This document shows, piece after piece, positions 8,587-15,070 of a stretch of 15,070 nt of DNA (positions within the stretch are counted from its first letter, which is position 1; each line of letters begins with the position of its first letter). The position numbers and the translations under genes were made by a program. The stretch covers positions 1-15,070 of the forward strand of contig JAVRLY010000031.1 in NCBI GenBank assembly GCA_031960885.1, written 5' to 3'. The notes under the pieces are model-generated. The model was not told the origin of the DNA and did no database searches. It saw only the letters and a program-made list of their open reading frames with translations. This DNA comes from Desulfurella sp. Lineage in GTDB: Bacteria; Campylobacterota_A; Desulfurellia; Desulfurellales; Desulfurellaceae.

Positions 8587-8614
8587 ATTATACACCAAAT
8601 ACATTGCTTATCAA
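8587..8614 (-). promoter_or_regulatory. Putative sigma70 promoter for the smr-led operon
   Basis: On the minus strand: TTGATA (8614-8609), 16 nt, TATAAT (8592-8587). Lies just downstream of the fliS terminator. Confidence 0.7.
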
Positions 8615-8643
8615 GCAAAAACCGATTTTTCAAGACTCTGGAT

Positions 8644-8680
8644 AAAAAGATTTAGATCTTGTTAAAAAACAAGACCTAAA
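8644..8680 (-). terminator. Intrinsic terminator after fliS
   Basis: Minus strand TTTAGGTCTTGTT-TTTT-AACAAGATCTAAA forms a 13-bp stem with one G-U pair, followed by TCTTTTT. Starts 13 nt after the fliS stop. Confidence 0.75.
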
Positions 8681-8693
8681 TGTGAGTATTAAT

Positions 8694-9071
8694 TCATTTT
8701 TTTAATACATCTTTATTCCAGATTTCACTCATTTTTTGCAAATATCTAATAACCACTTCCAGCTCTTCAATACTATTATTCAAGTTTGCTTTCAGTGTTT
8801 GCAAAAGAAGAAAATCGTAAATAGATTCAAGAAATTTGCCAGCTTCTGGATAATTTTTTACATCAAGCACATTTCTTAAGGCTATCAAGATTGCATTAAG
8901 TCGCTCAAGCGCATAAACTTTATCAAGTATGCTTTTGTTTTCTATTGCTTCTTTAGCTTTTACAGCAAAGCTTAGAGCTCCATCATACATTATGGCAATA
9001 ATATTTAACCTATCATCAGTAGTATTTGCAAGTGTATTTTTATAAGCTTTGTATGCACCAGTTGCTATCAT
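8694..9071 (-). CDS. fliS: Flagellin export chaperone FliS
   Basis: AYKAY N-terminus, IMYDGAL, L..VLD, L.SIYDF and IW C-terminus; 125 aa; SD GGAGGT upstream; sits in the fliD cluster. Confidence 0.93.
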   Translation of the reverse strand: MIATGAYKAYKNTLANTTDDRLNIIAIMYDGALSFAVKAKEAIENKSILDKVYALERLNAILIALRNVLDVKNYPEAGKFLESIYDFLLLQTLKANLNNSIEELEVVIRYLQKMSEIWNKDVLKK

Positions 9072-9466
9072 TTTACCTCCTTATTAAAAATTATTCCTAT
9101 TGATTGCGACAGACTTGCTTCTAATTTAACCAATTCTTCTGGTGGTATTTGTCTTATAACTTGGCCTGTTTTGGTATCTACTACTTTTACTATCAAGGCT
9201 TTAGCGTCTTCAGAATAACTAAATTTAACACTATCATTAAGTGTACTAATCGAATCGTTAAGTTTTTGCACAAGGCTTTTCACACCGTTTTTATTAATAT
9301 TATTGGTATTAGTAGAGCTTTTATTATTTTGTGAGTTTTGAACGGGTGGCGTGTTTACTGTCAAAGCAGAAGAATCATTGACGTTTACCTGATTTAGGTC
9401 TACCTTTAGTTGAGTTTTACTATCTTTAACAGCTAAATTTGAATTAACTAAATTTGATACATCCAT
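9068..9466 (-). CDS. flaG: Flagellar protein FlaG
   Basis: C-terminal FlaG signature VKFSYSEDAKALIVKVVDTKTGQVIRQIPPEELVKL...GIIFNKEV; SD AAGGAGG upstream. Confidence 0.93.
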   Translation of the reverse strand: MDVSNLVNSNLAVKDSKTQLKVDLNQVNVNDSSALTVNTPPVQNSQNNKSSTNTNNINKNGVKSLVQKLNDSISTLNDSVKFSYSEDAKALIVKVVDTKTGQVIRQIPPEELVKLEASLSQSIGIIFNKEVK

Positions 9467-9488
9467 TTTATGCCTCCTTGTTTAGCAA

Positions 9489-10856
9489 TTAACCACCGCT
9501 AGAACCTGTACCGTTTAAGCTGTTAAACATGGTTGTCAAATACTGACTCTGCGATTGCATTTGATTCATTATAGTGTTAAGCTGAGAGAATTGGACAACT
9601 AGGTTATTTTGATAAGTTTGTAAATTTTGTTGCATGGTATTAATTTGTGATTGAAGTGAATTAAGCTGATTTTGAATTTGATTTTGAGCTGTTGTTAAAG
9701 TGCCACCATTTGTTGCTGTTGCTTGATTTACTGTATTGTTTATTAAATTCATAATACCGTTATTTGATGAATTATTTAAAATATTTTTTACAGAATTAAA
9801 GTCACTAGCAACAGCTTGTTGAAATGTTAGGCTATTAAATTGCAAATTACCATTTTGATCAAACGATAAACCTATACTCATAGCAGAATTAAGTGTTTGA
9901 TTAGAACTTTGATTAAATGTATTGAAAAAAACATTACGCAAGCTTGACATAATAGATTGAATTGCCGTCGAGCCAAAAAAAGCACCTGCAATATTTGTGG
10001 AGCTATTGTATGTGTTGTTTTGATTGACATACTGAGATAGGTTGTTGTAATTATTAACAAATGTTTGCATATCTTGCGTTAATTGTGTTGTGTTGTAATT
10101 TAACGAAATAGTCGTAGAACCTGTGCCTTGAAGTTGTATATCAAGTCCATTTATATAATTTTTTAAATCATTTGACGATGATGTAATATTAATGCCATCT
10201 AATGTAGCTGTAGCATTCTGTGAAGCTTGGTTTGGCGAGCTTCCAAAGACTGCTAGGGTATTATTAGTATTGATTGTAAGATTATTTGCTGTGCCAGTAG
10301 GCGTATTTAAAACCAAGTTATATGTAGAGCCATTGTATATAATGCTTGCGCTTAGCCCTGAATTGGTTGCATTAATAGCATTGGCTAAACTCTGTAAAGT
10401 GGTTGATGTGTTTACATTTACTGAGTATGTTTGAGCGCCTACTGAAAAGCTAAATACGCCGTTTGACGTAGCAGCCTGATTGTTTGGACTAGCAAAACCG
10501 TTTTGAGATATCCAAACTTGACCTTGCGCTAATTGAGTTACGCTTAGCGTGTGTGTTCCACTAGCCGCAGTAGCGTTATTAATATTGCTTACAGTCGCAA
10601 CGGAAGTATTGCTAGATACTGGGTTTTGTTGTGTAAGGTCACTTATGACAGCATTCGCACTCGTTTGCAATTGTGTAAGTTGGCTTTGGAAGTTAGAAAA
10701 TGTTTGTAAATATGCTTGCTGTTGTGTTTGTTGAGCTTGAAGTGTCACAATTGGTTGGCTTTGGGCAGTAACTAGCTGTTGCAGCATGCTTTGTAAATTA
10801 AGATTGCTTGTATTTCCAAGACCTAATATAAAATTGGAACCTACTTGCGAGCTCAT
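9489..10856 (-). CDS. fliD: Flagellar filament cap protein FliD (HAP2)
   Basis: N-terminal GLG...QQLVTAQSQPI, VTQLAQ, TLQSLANAIN, QNATATLDGINITSSSN, FVNNYN, IGLSFDQNGNL, C-terminal coiled coil QFSQLN...QSQYL. SD GGAGGTG at 10861-10867. Adjacent to flaG and fliS. Confidence 0.92.
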   Translation of the reverse strand: MSSQVGSNFILGLGNTSNLNLQSMLQQLVTAQSQPIVTLQAQQTQQQAYLQTFSNFQSQLTQLQTSANAVISDLTQQNPVSSNTSVATVSNINNATAASGTHTLSVTQLAQGQVWISQNGFASPNNQAATSNGVFSFSVGAQTYSVNVNTSTTLQSLANAINATNSGLSASIIYNGSTYNLVLNTPTGTANNLTINTNNTLAVFGSSPNQASQNATATLDGINITSSSNDLKNYINGLDIQLQGTGSTTISLNYNTTQLTQDMQTFVNNYNNLSQYVNQNNTYNSSTNIAGAFFGSTAIQSIMSSLRNVFFNTFNQSSNQTLNSAMSIGLSFDQNGNLQFNSLTFQQAVASDFNSVKNILNNSSNNGIMNLINNTVNQATATNGGTLTTAQNQIQNQLNSLQSQINTMQQNLQTYQNNLVVQFSQLNTIMNQMQSQSQYLTTMFNSLNGTGSSGG

Positions 10857-10875
10857 TTGACACCTCCATTTATTA

Positions 10876-10902
10876 TAATCGGATGATTTTTATAAAAGTT
10901 TA
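10876..10902 (-). promoter_or_regulatory. Putative sigma28 (FliA) promoter for fliD-flaG-fliS
   Basis: Minus strand TAAA (10902-10899), exactly 15 nt, TCCGATTA (10883-10876), versus consensus TAAA-N15-GCCGATAA. The -35 lies in the last codons of flhB. Confidence 0.75.
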
Positions 10903-11951
10903 TTAATTTTTTTATTTTTTAAACTGTAAACATAAGAAAGAATTTTGGCAACTGCTTCATATAATTCAATAGGGATTTCTTTATCAATTTGTGCTTGTTT
11001 ATATAGACTTTGCGCAATAGGTGGGTTCTCAACAATTATAATATCATTTTTTAATGCGATTGTTTTTATTCTTAGAGCGACTTCATTTAAACCTTTGGCA
11101 ACCACTTTAGGTGCATTCATTTTTGCCTGATCATATTTTAAAGCTACTGCTATGTGGGTAGGGTTTGTAATAACAACATCTGCCGTTTTGACATTTTCCA
11201 TCATGCGCCTGCGGGCTAACTCCATCTGCATTTTTCTTATTTTTGCCTTTATTTTGGGATCACCTTCCATTTGTTTGAATTCTTCTTTTACCTCTTCTTT
11301 GCTCATCATAATAGAACGTTCAAAAATGAATTTTTGATATATATAGTCTAAAATAGCTAAAAAAATCATAAATAATACAAGATAAAGTGTGATGTTAAAC
11401 ATATTTTTAGCAAGTGCTACAGTAAAAACATTTATAGGCTGATCAGTTAAATTTAGCCATTTTGTGTAATTTGTTTTAATAAAAAGATACATTATAAAAA
11501 ACATCACAATTATTTTTAGGATTGACTTTAAAAGTTCACCAAGTGCTCTTAGGGAAAAAAGATTTTTAATGCCATTTATTGGATTTAATTTTTCTAAATC
11601 AAAACTGAGTTTATCAAAACTAACCATTATGCCAGTTTGTACAACATTCACAAGCAATGCAAAAACAATCAACATAACAAAAAAAATACCTGTATACATA
11701 AAAAATATTTTCATAATATCTAAATACAAACTACCTACGTTGTTCAAATCTATATGGTATGGCAAACTTGCAAAGTAGTTAAACGAATAATCGGTTGTAT
11801 CTTTAAAGCTTTTAGCATCAAAATAAAAGAATATTAGCGCTGCAAATAGCAAAACAGCAGTGTTTAGCTCAATTGACTTTGCAAACTGACCTTTTTTTCG
11901 TGCTTCTTCACGACGCTTGGGCGTCGCTTTCTCAGTTTTTTCACCTGGCAT
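10890..11951 (-). CDS. flhB: Flagellar export switch protein FlhB
   Basis: EKTEKATPKR, LNPINGIKNLFS, EGDPKIK, autocleavage motif NPTH, PKVVAKG. Confidence 0.98.
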   Translation of the reverse strand: MPGEKTEKATPKRREEARKKGQFAKSIELNTAVLLFAALIFFYFDAKSFKDTTDYSFNYFASLPYHIDLNNVGSLYLDIMKIFFMYTGIFFVMLIVFALLVNVVQTGIMVSFDKLSFDLEKLNPINGIKNLFSLRALGELLKSILKIIVMFFIMYLFIKTNYTKWLNLTDQPINVFTVALAKNMFNITLYLVLFMIFLAILDYIYQKFIFERSIMMSKEEVKEEFKQMEGDPKIKAKIRKMQMELARRRMMENVKTADVVITNPTHIAVALKYDQAKMNAPKVVAKGLNEVALRIKTIALKNDIIIVENPPIAQSLYKQAQIDKEIPIELYEAVAKILSYVYSLKNKKINKLL

Positions 11952-12740
11952 TTATTTCAACCTAAATACTTGGTTGTAATATGATGGAAGTTGGTAATAG
12001 TACTTTATCATTACATTTGCTGCAAAATTAAATGTGACGCCAAGCAGAAATAAAGCAATTGTTATTGTAATGGGAAAAGAAGCAATAAGCACATTCATTT
12101 GTGGCATAGTTCTAGATATAACGCCAAACACGATATTTGTCACAATTAAAGCCAAAACTACAGGCGCAAGTATTTGTACAGAAATAGAAAACATCACAAG
12201 TACAAGATAAACTATAAACCCAATCAAACCCTTATTTACTACAAATGAGCCAATGGGTATAAGTTGAAAACTCTCCACTAAAGAGCGTATAACAAAATAA
12301 TGTCCATCTATTGCAAGGAAAACTAAAATTGCAAATAAACTTTCAAATTCTGTGATGATAGAGATTTGTGTATTTGATTGAGGGCTTAGGACATTTGCAA
12401 TACTAAAGCCCATCATAAAAGAAACAAGTCCTGCAGCTATTTCTATACCAGCCCATACAAATTGTATACAAAACGCTAAACTTGCGCCAAGCAAAATTTC
12501 CCTCACAACCACCACAATAAGTTCAACCATGTTTGTTATGTTTACATTTACATAATCTTTAACCAAAGGGTAGAGCACAAAAGCAAAAGTGATGCTTAAT
12601 AATATTTTAACCATTACAGGAATGGATTTATAGCTAAAAATTGGTGCAAGCAATAGTATGGAAGCTACACGCACAAAGACTAAAAAAAAGATTTCTAAAT
12701 CAGCAAAAGGCACATTTAGCAGTGCAAGATGTTCATTCAT
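11952..12740 (-). CDS. fliR: Flagellar export gate protein FliR
   Basis: LVFVRV...APIFS, EILLG, AG.L....GF, DGHY, PQMNVLIASFP; lies between fliQ and flhB. Confidence 0.96.
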   Translation of the reverse strand: MNEHLALLNVPFADLEIFFLVFVRVASILLLAPIFSYKSIPVMVKILLSITFAFVLYPLVKDYVNVNITNMVELIVVVVREILLGASLAFCIQFVWAGIEIAAGLVSFMMGFSIANVLSPQSNTQISIITEFESLFAILVFLAIDGHYFVIRSLVESFQLIPIGSFVVNKGLIGFIVYLVLVMFSISVQILAPVVLALIVTNIVFGVISRTMPQMNVLIASFPITITIALFLLGVTFNFAANVMIKYYYQLPSYYNQVFRLK

Positions 12741-13006
12741 CTTATGTAATTAGGAATATTTTGATATAGTTCAATTGTATAATTTGTTAGTAATTTTGCC
12801 ATCCAAGGAGCTAAAAATAACAAAGTTAAAGCAACAGCAATAATTTTTGGTATAAATGTGAGTGTCATTTCTTGAATTTGTGTTATAGCCTGGAAAATAC
12901 TTACAAGCAAACCCGCTATTAAGCTTACAACCAATATTGGCAATGAAAGCATTAAAGCTATTTGCATGGCACTTCTGCCAATGCCAACGACTGTAGCTAC
13001 ATCCAT
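12737..13006 (-). CDS. fliQ: Flagellar export gate protein FliQ
   Basis: GLLVSIFQAITQIQEMTLTFIPKI, APWM; 89 aa; SD GAGGTG upstream. Confidence 0.97.
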   Translation of the reverse strand: MDVATVVGIGRSAMQIALMLSLPILVVSLIAGLLVSIFQAITQIQEMTLTFIPKIIAVALTLLFLAPWMAKLLTNYTIELYQNIPNYIR

Positions 13007-13015
13007 AAATCACCT

Positions 13016-13762
13016 CTAATGGAAACTTTTTACAAGCGATAGAACAACTAAATTCCAACCATCTGCCAAAACAAACAACAACAATTTAAATGGCAAAGAT
13101 ATCATAATTGGTGGCAACATCATCATTCCCATGCTCATAAGCACACTAGATACAACAAGATCTATAATAACAAATGGTATATAAAGCAAAAAACCTATTT
13201 CAAAAGCTGTTTTTAATTCACTGATAATAAAAGCAGGCACAAGTATATTTAAACCCAACTCTTGGACATTTTTTGGGTTTGGTTTATTGGCAATGCGCAA
13301 AAAAAGCGCAATATCCTTTTGACGAGTTTGCTTTAGCATAAAGGCTTTAATAGGAGCTTGTGCTGCGTCATAGGCTTGTTCTAAGCTTAACTTTCCTTCA
13401 TTAAAAGGCTTGTAGGCATTATTATAGACTGCACTAATTGTTGGCGACATTATAAATATTGTCAAAAACAGCGCAATACCAAGCAGAATTTGATTTGGCG
13501 GCTCTTGCTGTAAACCCATTGCCTGTCTTAAAATAGAAAGCACAATTATTATGCGTGTAAATGATGTAAGCATGATTAAAAAAGAGGGTGCAATAGCTAA
13601 AGCGGTAAGTAGTATTAACAACTTTATTGCATTTGAAATATTTTGTGGCGTAGTAGCACCGTTTAGACTTATGCTTAATGAAGGACCAATTGGCGCCCCA
13701 AAAGCATTTAAACTTAAACCTATTAAAATGATAATAATTGTTAGGCTAAATATTCTTTTCAT
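13016..13762 (-). CDS. fliP: Flagellar export gate protein FliP
   Basis: Signal-peptide-like N-terminus; TSFTRIIIVLSILRQAMG, PPNQ, PAFIISELKTAFEIGF, MGMMMLPP, LPFKLLLFVLADGW. Confidence 0.98.
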   Translation of the reverse strand: MKRIFSLTIIIILIGLSLNAFGAPIGPSLSISLNGATTPQNISNAIKLLILLTALAIAPSFLIMLTSFTRIIIVLSILRQAMGLQQEPPNQILLGIALFLTIFIMSPTISAVYNNAYKPFNEGKLSLEQAYDAAQAPIKAFMLKQTRQKDIALFLRIANKPNPKNVQELGLNILVPAFIISELKTAFEIGFLLYIPFVIIDLVVSSVLMSMGMMMLPPIMISLPFKLLLFVLADGWNLVVLSLVKSFH

Positions 13763-14078
13763 TTTCGCTTAATTGTACGATTAAGTTTATTTCACTTCCC
13801 ACGCCAATTAAAAATTGCTTTTCATCAACCTCAATTATCATAAGGCTATGTTTATTATCTATATAAGTTTTATCTAATATTTTGATACGCCCACTTTTTT
13901 TAGTGTTGATTTGAAGCTTTTTTAATGCCCACACGCTTGCAAATAATAGCGCAACAACTATTATTACACTGCCTAATGCTTTTAAAGAATAGGCTAAATA
14001 ATTAATTGAATCAGCATATGCGACAATAGGTTTAAATAATAATACCAATAACAAAAAAACAATATTAAATGGCCTCAT
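13746..14078 (-). CDS. fliO: Flagellar biogenesis protein FliO
   Basis: TM helix followed by IKILDKTYIDNKHSLMIIEVDEKQFLIGVG (FliO beta-strand pattern); lies between fliN and fliP. Confidence 0.85.
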   Translation of the reverse strand: MRPFNIVFLLLVLLFKPIVAYADSINYLAYSLKALGSVIIVVALLFASVWALKKLQINTKKSGRIKILDKTYIDNKHSLMIIEVDEKQFLIGVGSEINLIVQLSENEKNI

Positions 14079-14344
14079 TCTATGTTGTATTCCATGACTT
14101 CTTCTGGAGTTAAAATTTGAGATAACCTTATACTAAATTTTTCATCTACAATTATTATTTCACCTTTGGCAAAAATCTGATTTTCAATAAATACATCAAT
14201 ATACTCACCAGATAAACGGTCTAATTTTATAACGCTACCTTCGACCCAGTGTAAAATATCCCTTAGCTTTACTTTGGCTCTGCCTAGATCATAGTATGTT
14301 TCAACCGCCACATTGTAAAAAGGAACTAATTCTTCTTCTTTCAT
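14075..14344 (-). CDS. fliN: FliN/SPOA-domain flagellar switch protein (short)
   Basis: LGRAKVKLRDIL...GSVIKLDRLSGEYIDV...AKGEIIIVDEKFSIRL matches the FliM/FliN C-terminal SPOA domain. Confidence 0.88.
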   Translation of the reverse strand: MKEEELVPFYNVAVETYYDLGRAKVKLRDILHWVEGSVIKLDRLSGEYIDVFIENQIFAKGEIIIVDEKFSIRLSQILTPEEVMEYNIE

Positions 14345-14844
14345 TGCACAATAAAATCAGTAAAGTAAATATCTTTTACAACATCTTCACCCAAAGCTTT
14401 GTTTATAGCTTTAATTAACTGTTTTCTTAATTCTTCTTTTCCAGAAAGCGTCAATAAATTGTCAGATGTTTTTGTTGATAATACTGTTATAATAGCGTTT
14501 TTGATAGCTGCATCCTCTAGTGTATCACCAGATGATTCGCCGCCACTTGATGGTTTTGCTTTGCCATTCATTACTAAAGCAAGTGAGATTTTTAAATATC
14601 TATCGCCGGAGGGATCTGCCAAATTAACTATTATATTGTTTAAGTTTTTTATGTGTATGTTTTTATCATTTATTACAGACTCAGATTGGATAGTCTGAGT
14701 GTTTTTTGAACTATTTGAAGAACCTTTTTTTAGAAATAAAAAGGCTCCTGCTGCTAGAGCAATCAATACAACTAAAACTATTATAATAAGCAATATAGAT
14801 TTTTTACTTTTCTTTTTTTTCTCTTCTTTTTCTTCTTCTGCCAT
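14341..14844 (-). CDS. fliL: Flagellar basal-body-associated protein FliL
   Basis: Charged N-terminus, single TM helix, IVNLAD...RYLKISL, GKEELR, C-terminal IYFTDFIVQ. Confidence 0.95.
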   Translation of the reverse strand: MAEEEKEEKKKKSKKSILLIIIVLVVLIALAAGAFLFLKKGSSNSSKNTQTIQSESVINDKNIHIKNLNNIIVNLADPSGDRYLKISLALVMNGKAKPSSGGESSGDTLEDAAIKNAIITVLSTKTSDNLLTLSGKEELRKQLIKAINKALGEDVVKDIYFTDFIVQ

Positions 14845-14853
14845 ATTATCCCA

Positions 14854-14881
14854 ATTGTATCAAAAAGTTTTATTTTGTAAA
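14854..14881 (-). promoter_or_regulatory. Putative sigma70 promoter (extended -10) for the fliL-flhB operon
   Basis: Minus strand TTTACA (14881-14876), 16 nt, TACAAT (14859-14854), with TG-n directly before the -10 (TGaTACAAT). The region is AT-rich, so a chance match is possible. Confidence 0.55.
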
Positions 14882-14888
14882 GCATTTA

Positions 14889-15070
14889 TTAATTCAAATT
14901 TATCATCACCATTTTTATGTTTGTCATCTCATCAATGGCAAAGCGCACCCCTTCTCTGCCAATGCCAGATAGCTTGTTGCCACCGTATGGCATGTTATCA
15001 ACCCTAAAAATAGATGTATCGTTTATCATTACACCGCCTACATCGATGTTTTCTATAGCGTAGTGTATTT
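14889..15070 (-). CDS. Aldehyde dehydrogenase family protein, C-terminal fragment (gene starts beyond the window)
   Basis: Not in the ORF track. Manual translation from 15068: [59 protein letters not shown], containing the ALDH motif PYGGxKxSGIGREG. Stop TAA at 14891-14889. Confidence 0.93.
   Translation of the reverse strand, partial: IHYAIENIDVGGVMINDTSIFRVDNMPYGGNKLSGIGREGVRFAIDEMTNIKMVMINLN

Noticed and set aside
8580..8693. Guanidine riboswitch upstream of the SMR gene
   Set aside because: The gap is accounted for by a terminator and a promoter adjacent to the ATG. I saw no ACGR hairpins or ykkC-like structure, and the protein looks EmrE/Qac-type rather than Gdx-type.
9489..10856. FliD as a foreign adhesin, S-layer, ice-nucleation or prion-like protein because of N/Q richness
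   Set aside because: FliD motifs are colinear across the whole length, and it sits with flaG/fliS behind a sigma28-like promoter.
9149..15007. Remaining short alternative ORFs overlapping flagellar genes (e.g. 9878-10060, 10192-10434, 12771-13058, 14399-14698, 14699-15007)
   Set aside because: All overlap well-supported genes on the opposite strand or in another frame and lack motifs. 14699-15007 is antisense to fliL and the ALDH tail.

Overview
AT-rich bacterial chromosomal window with every supported gene on the minus strand. Gene content resembles a deep-branching Campylobacterota, e.g. Desulfurella-like; this is inference only. Reading right to left: (1) the 3' end of an aldehyde dehydrogenase; (2) a flagellar switch/export operon fliL-fliN-fliO-fliP-fliQ-fliR-flhB behind a sigma70-like promoter; (3) a late flagellar unit fliD-flaG-fliS behind a sigma28-like promoter and closed by an intrinsic terminator; (4) a tightly packed operon smr(EmrE-like)-U32/TrhP-like-rsmD-coaD-aspC-TPR protein(PflB-like)-PBP1A-RluA/RluD family, which runs off the left edge. 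Two partial CDSs missing from the ORF track were recovered by hand (RluA family 1..880, ALDH 14889..15070). I found no mobile element, CRISPR array or RNA gene. Most notable: a FliD almost stripped of charged residues, a PflB-like TPR gene coupled to PBP1A, a 9-bp tandem repeat encoding an N-S-T sequon array at the PBP1A C-terminus, and two promoters placed to give leaderless or near-leaderless mRNAs. I cannot claim a clearly new system; these are candidate leads.
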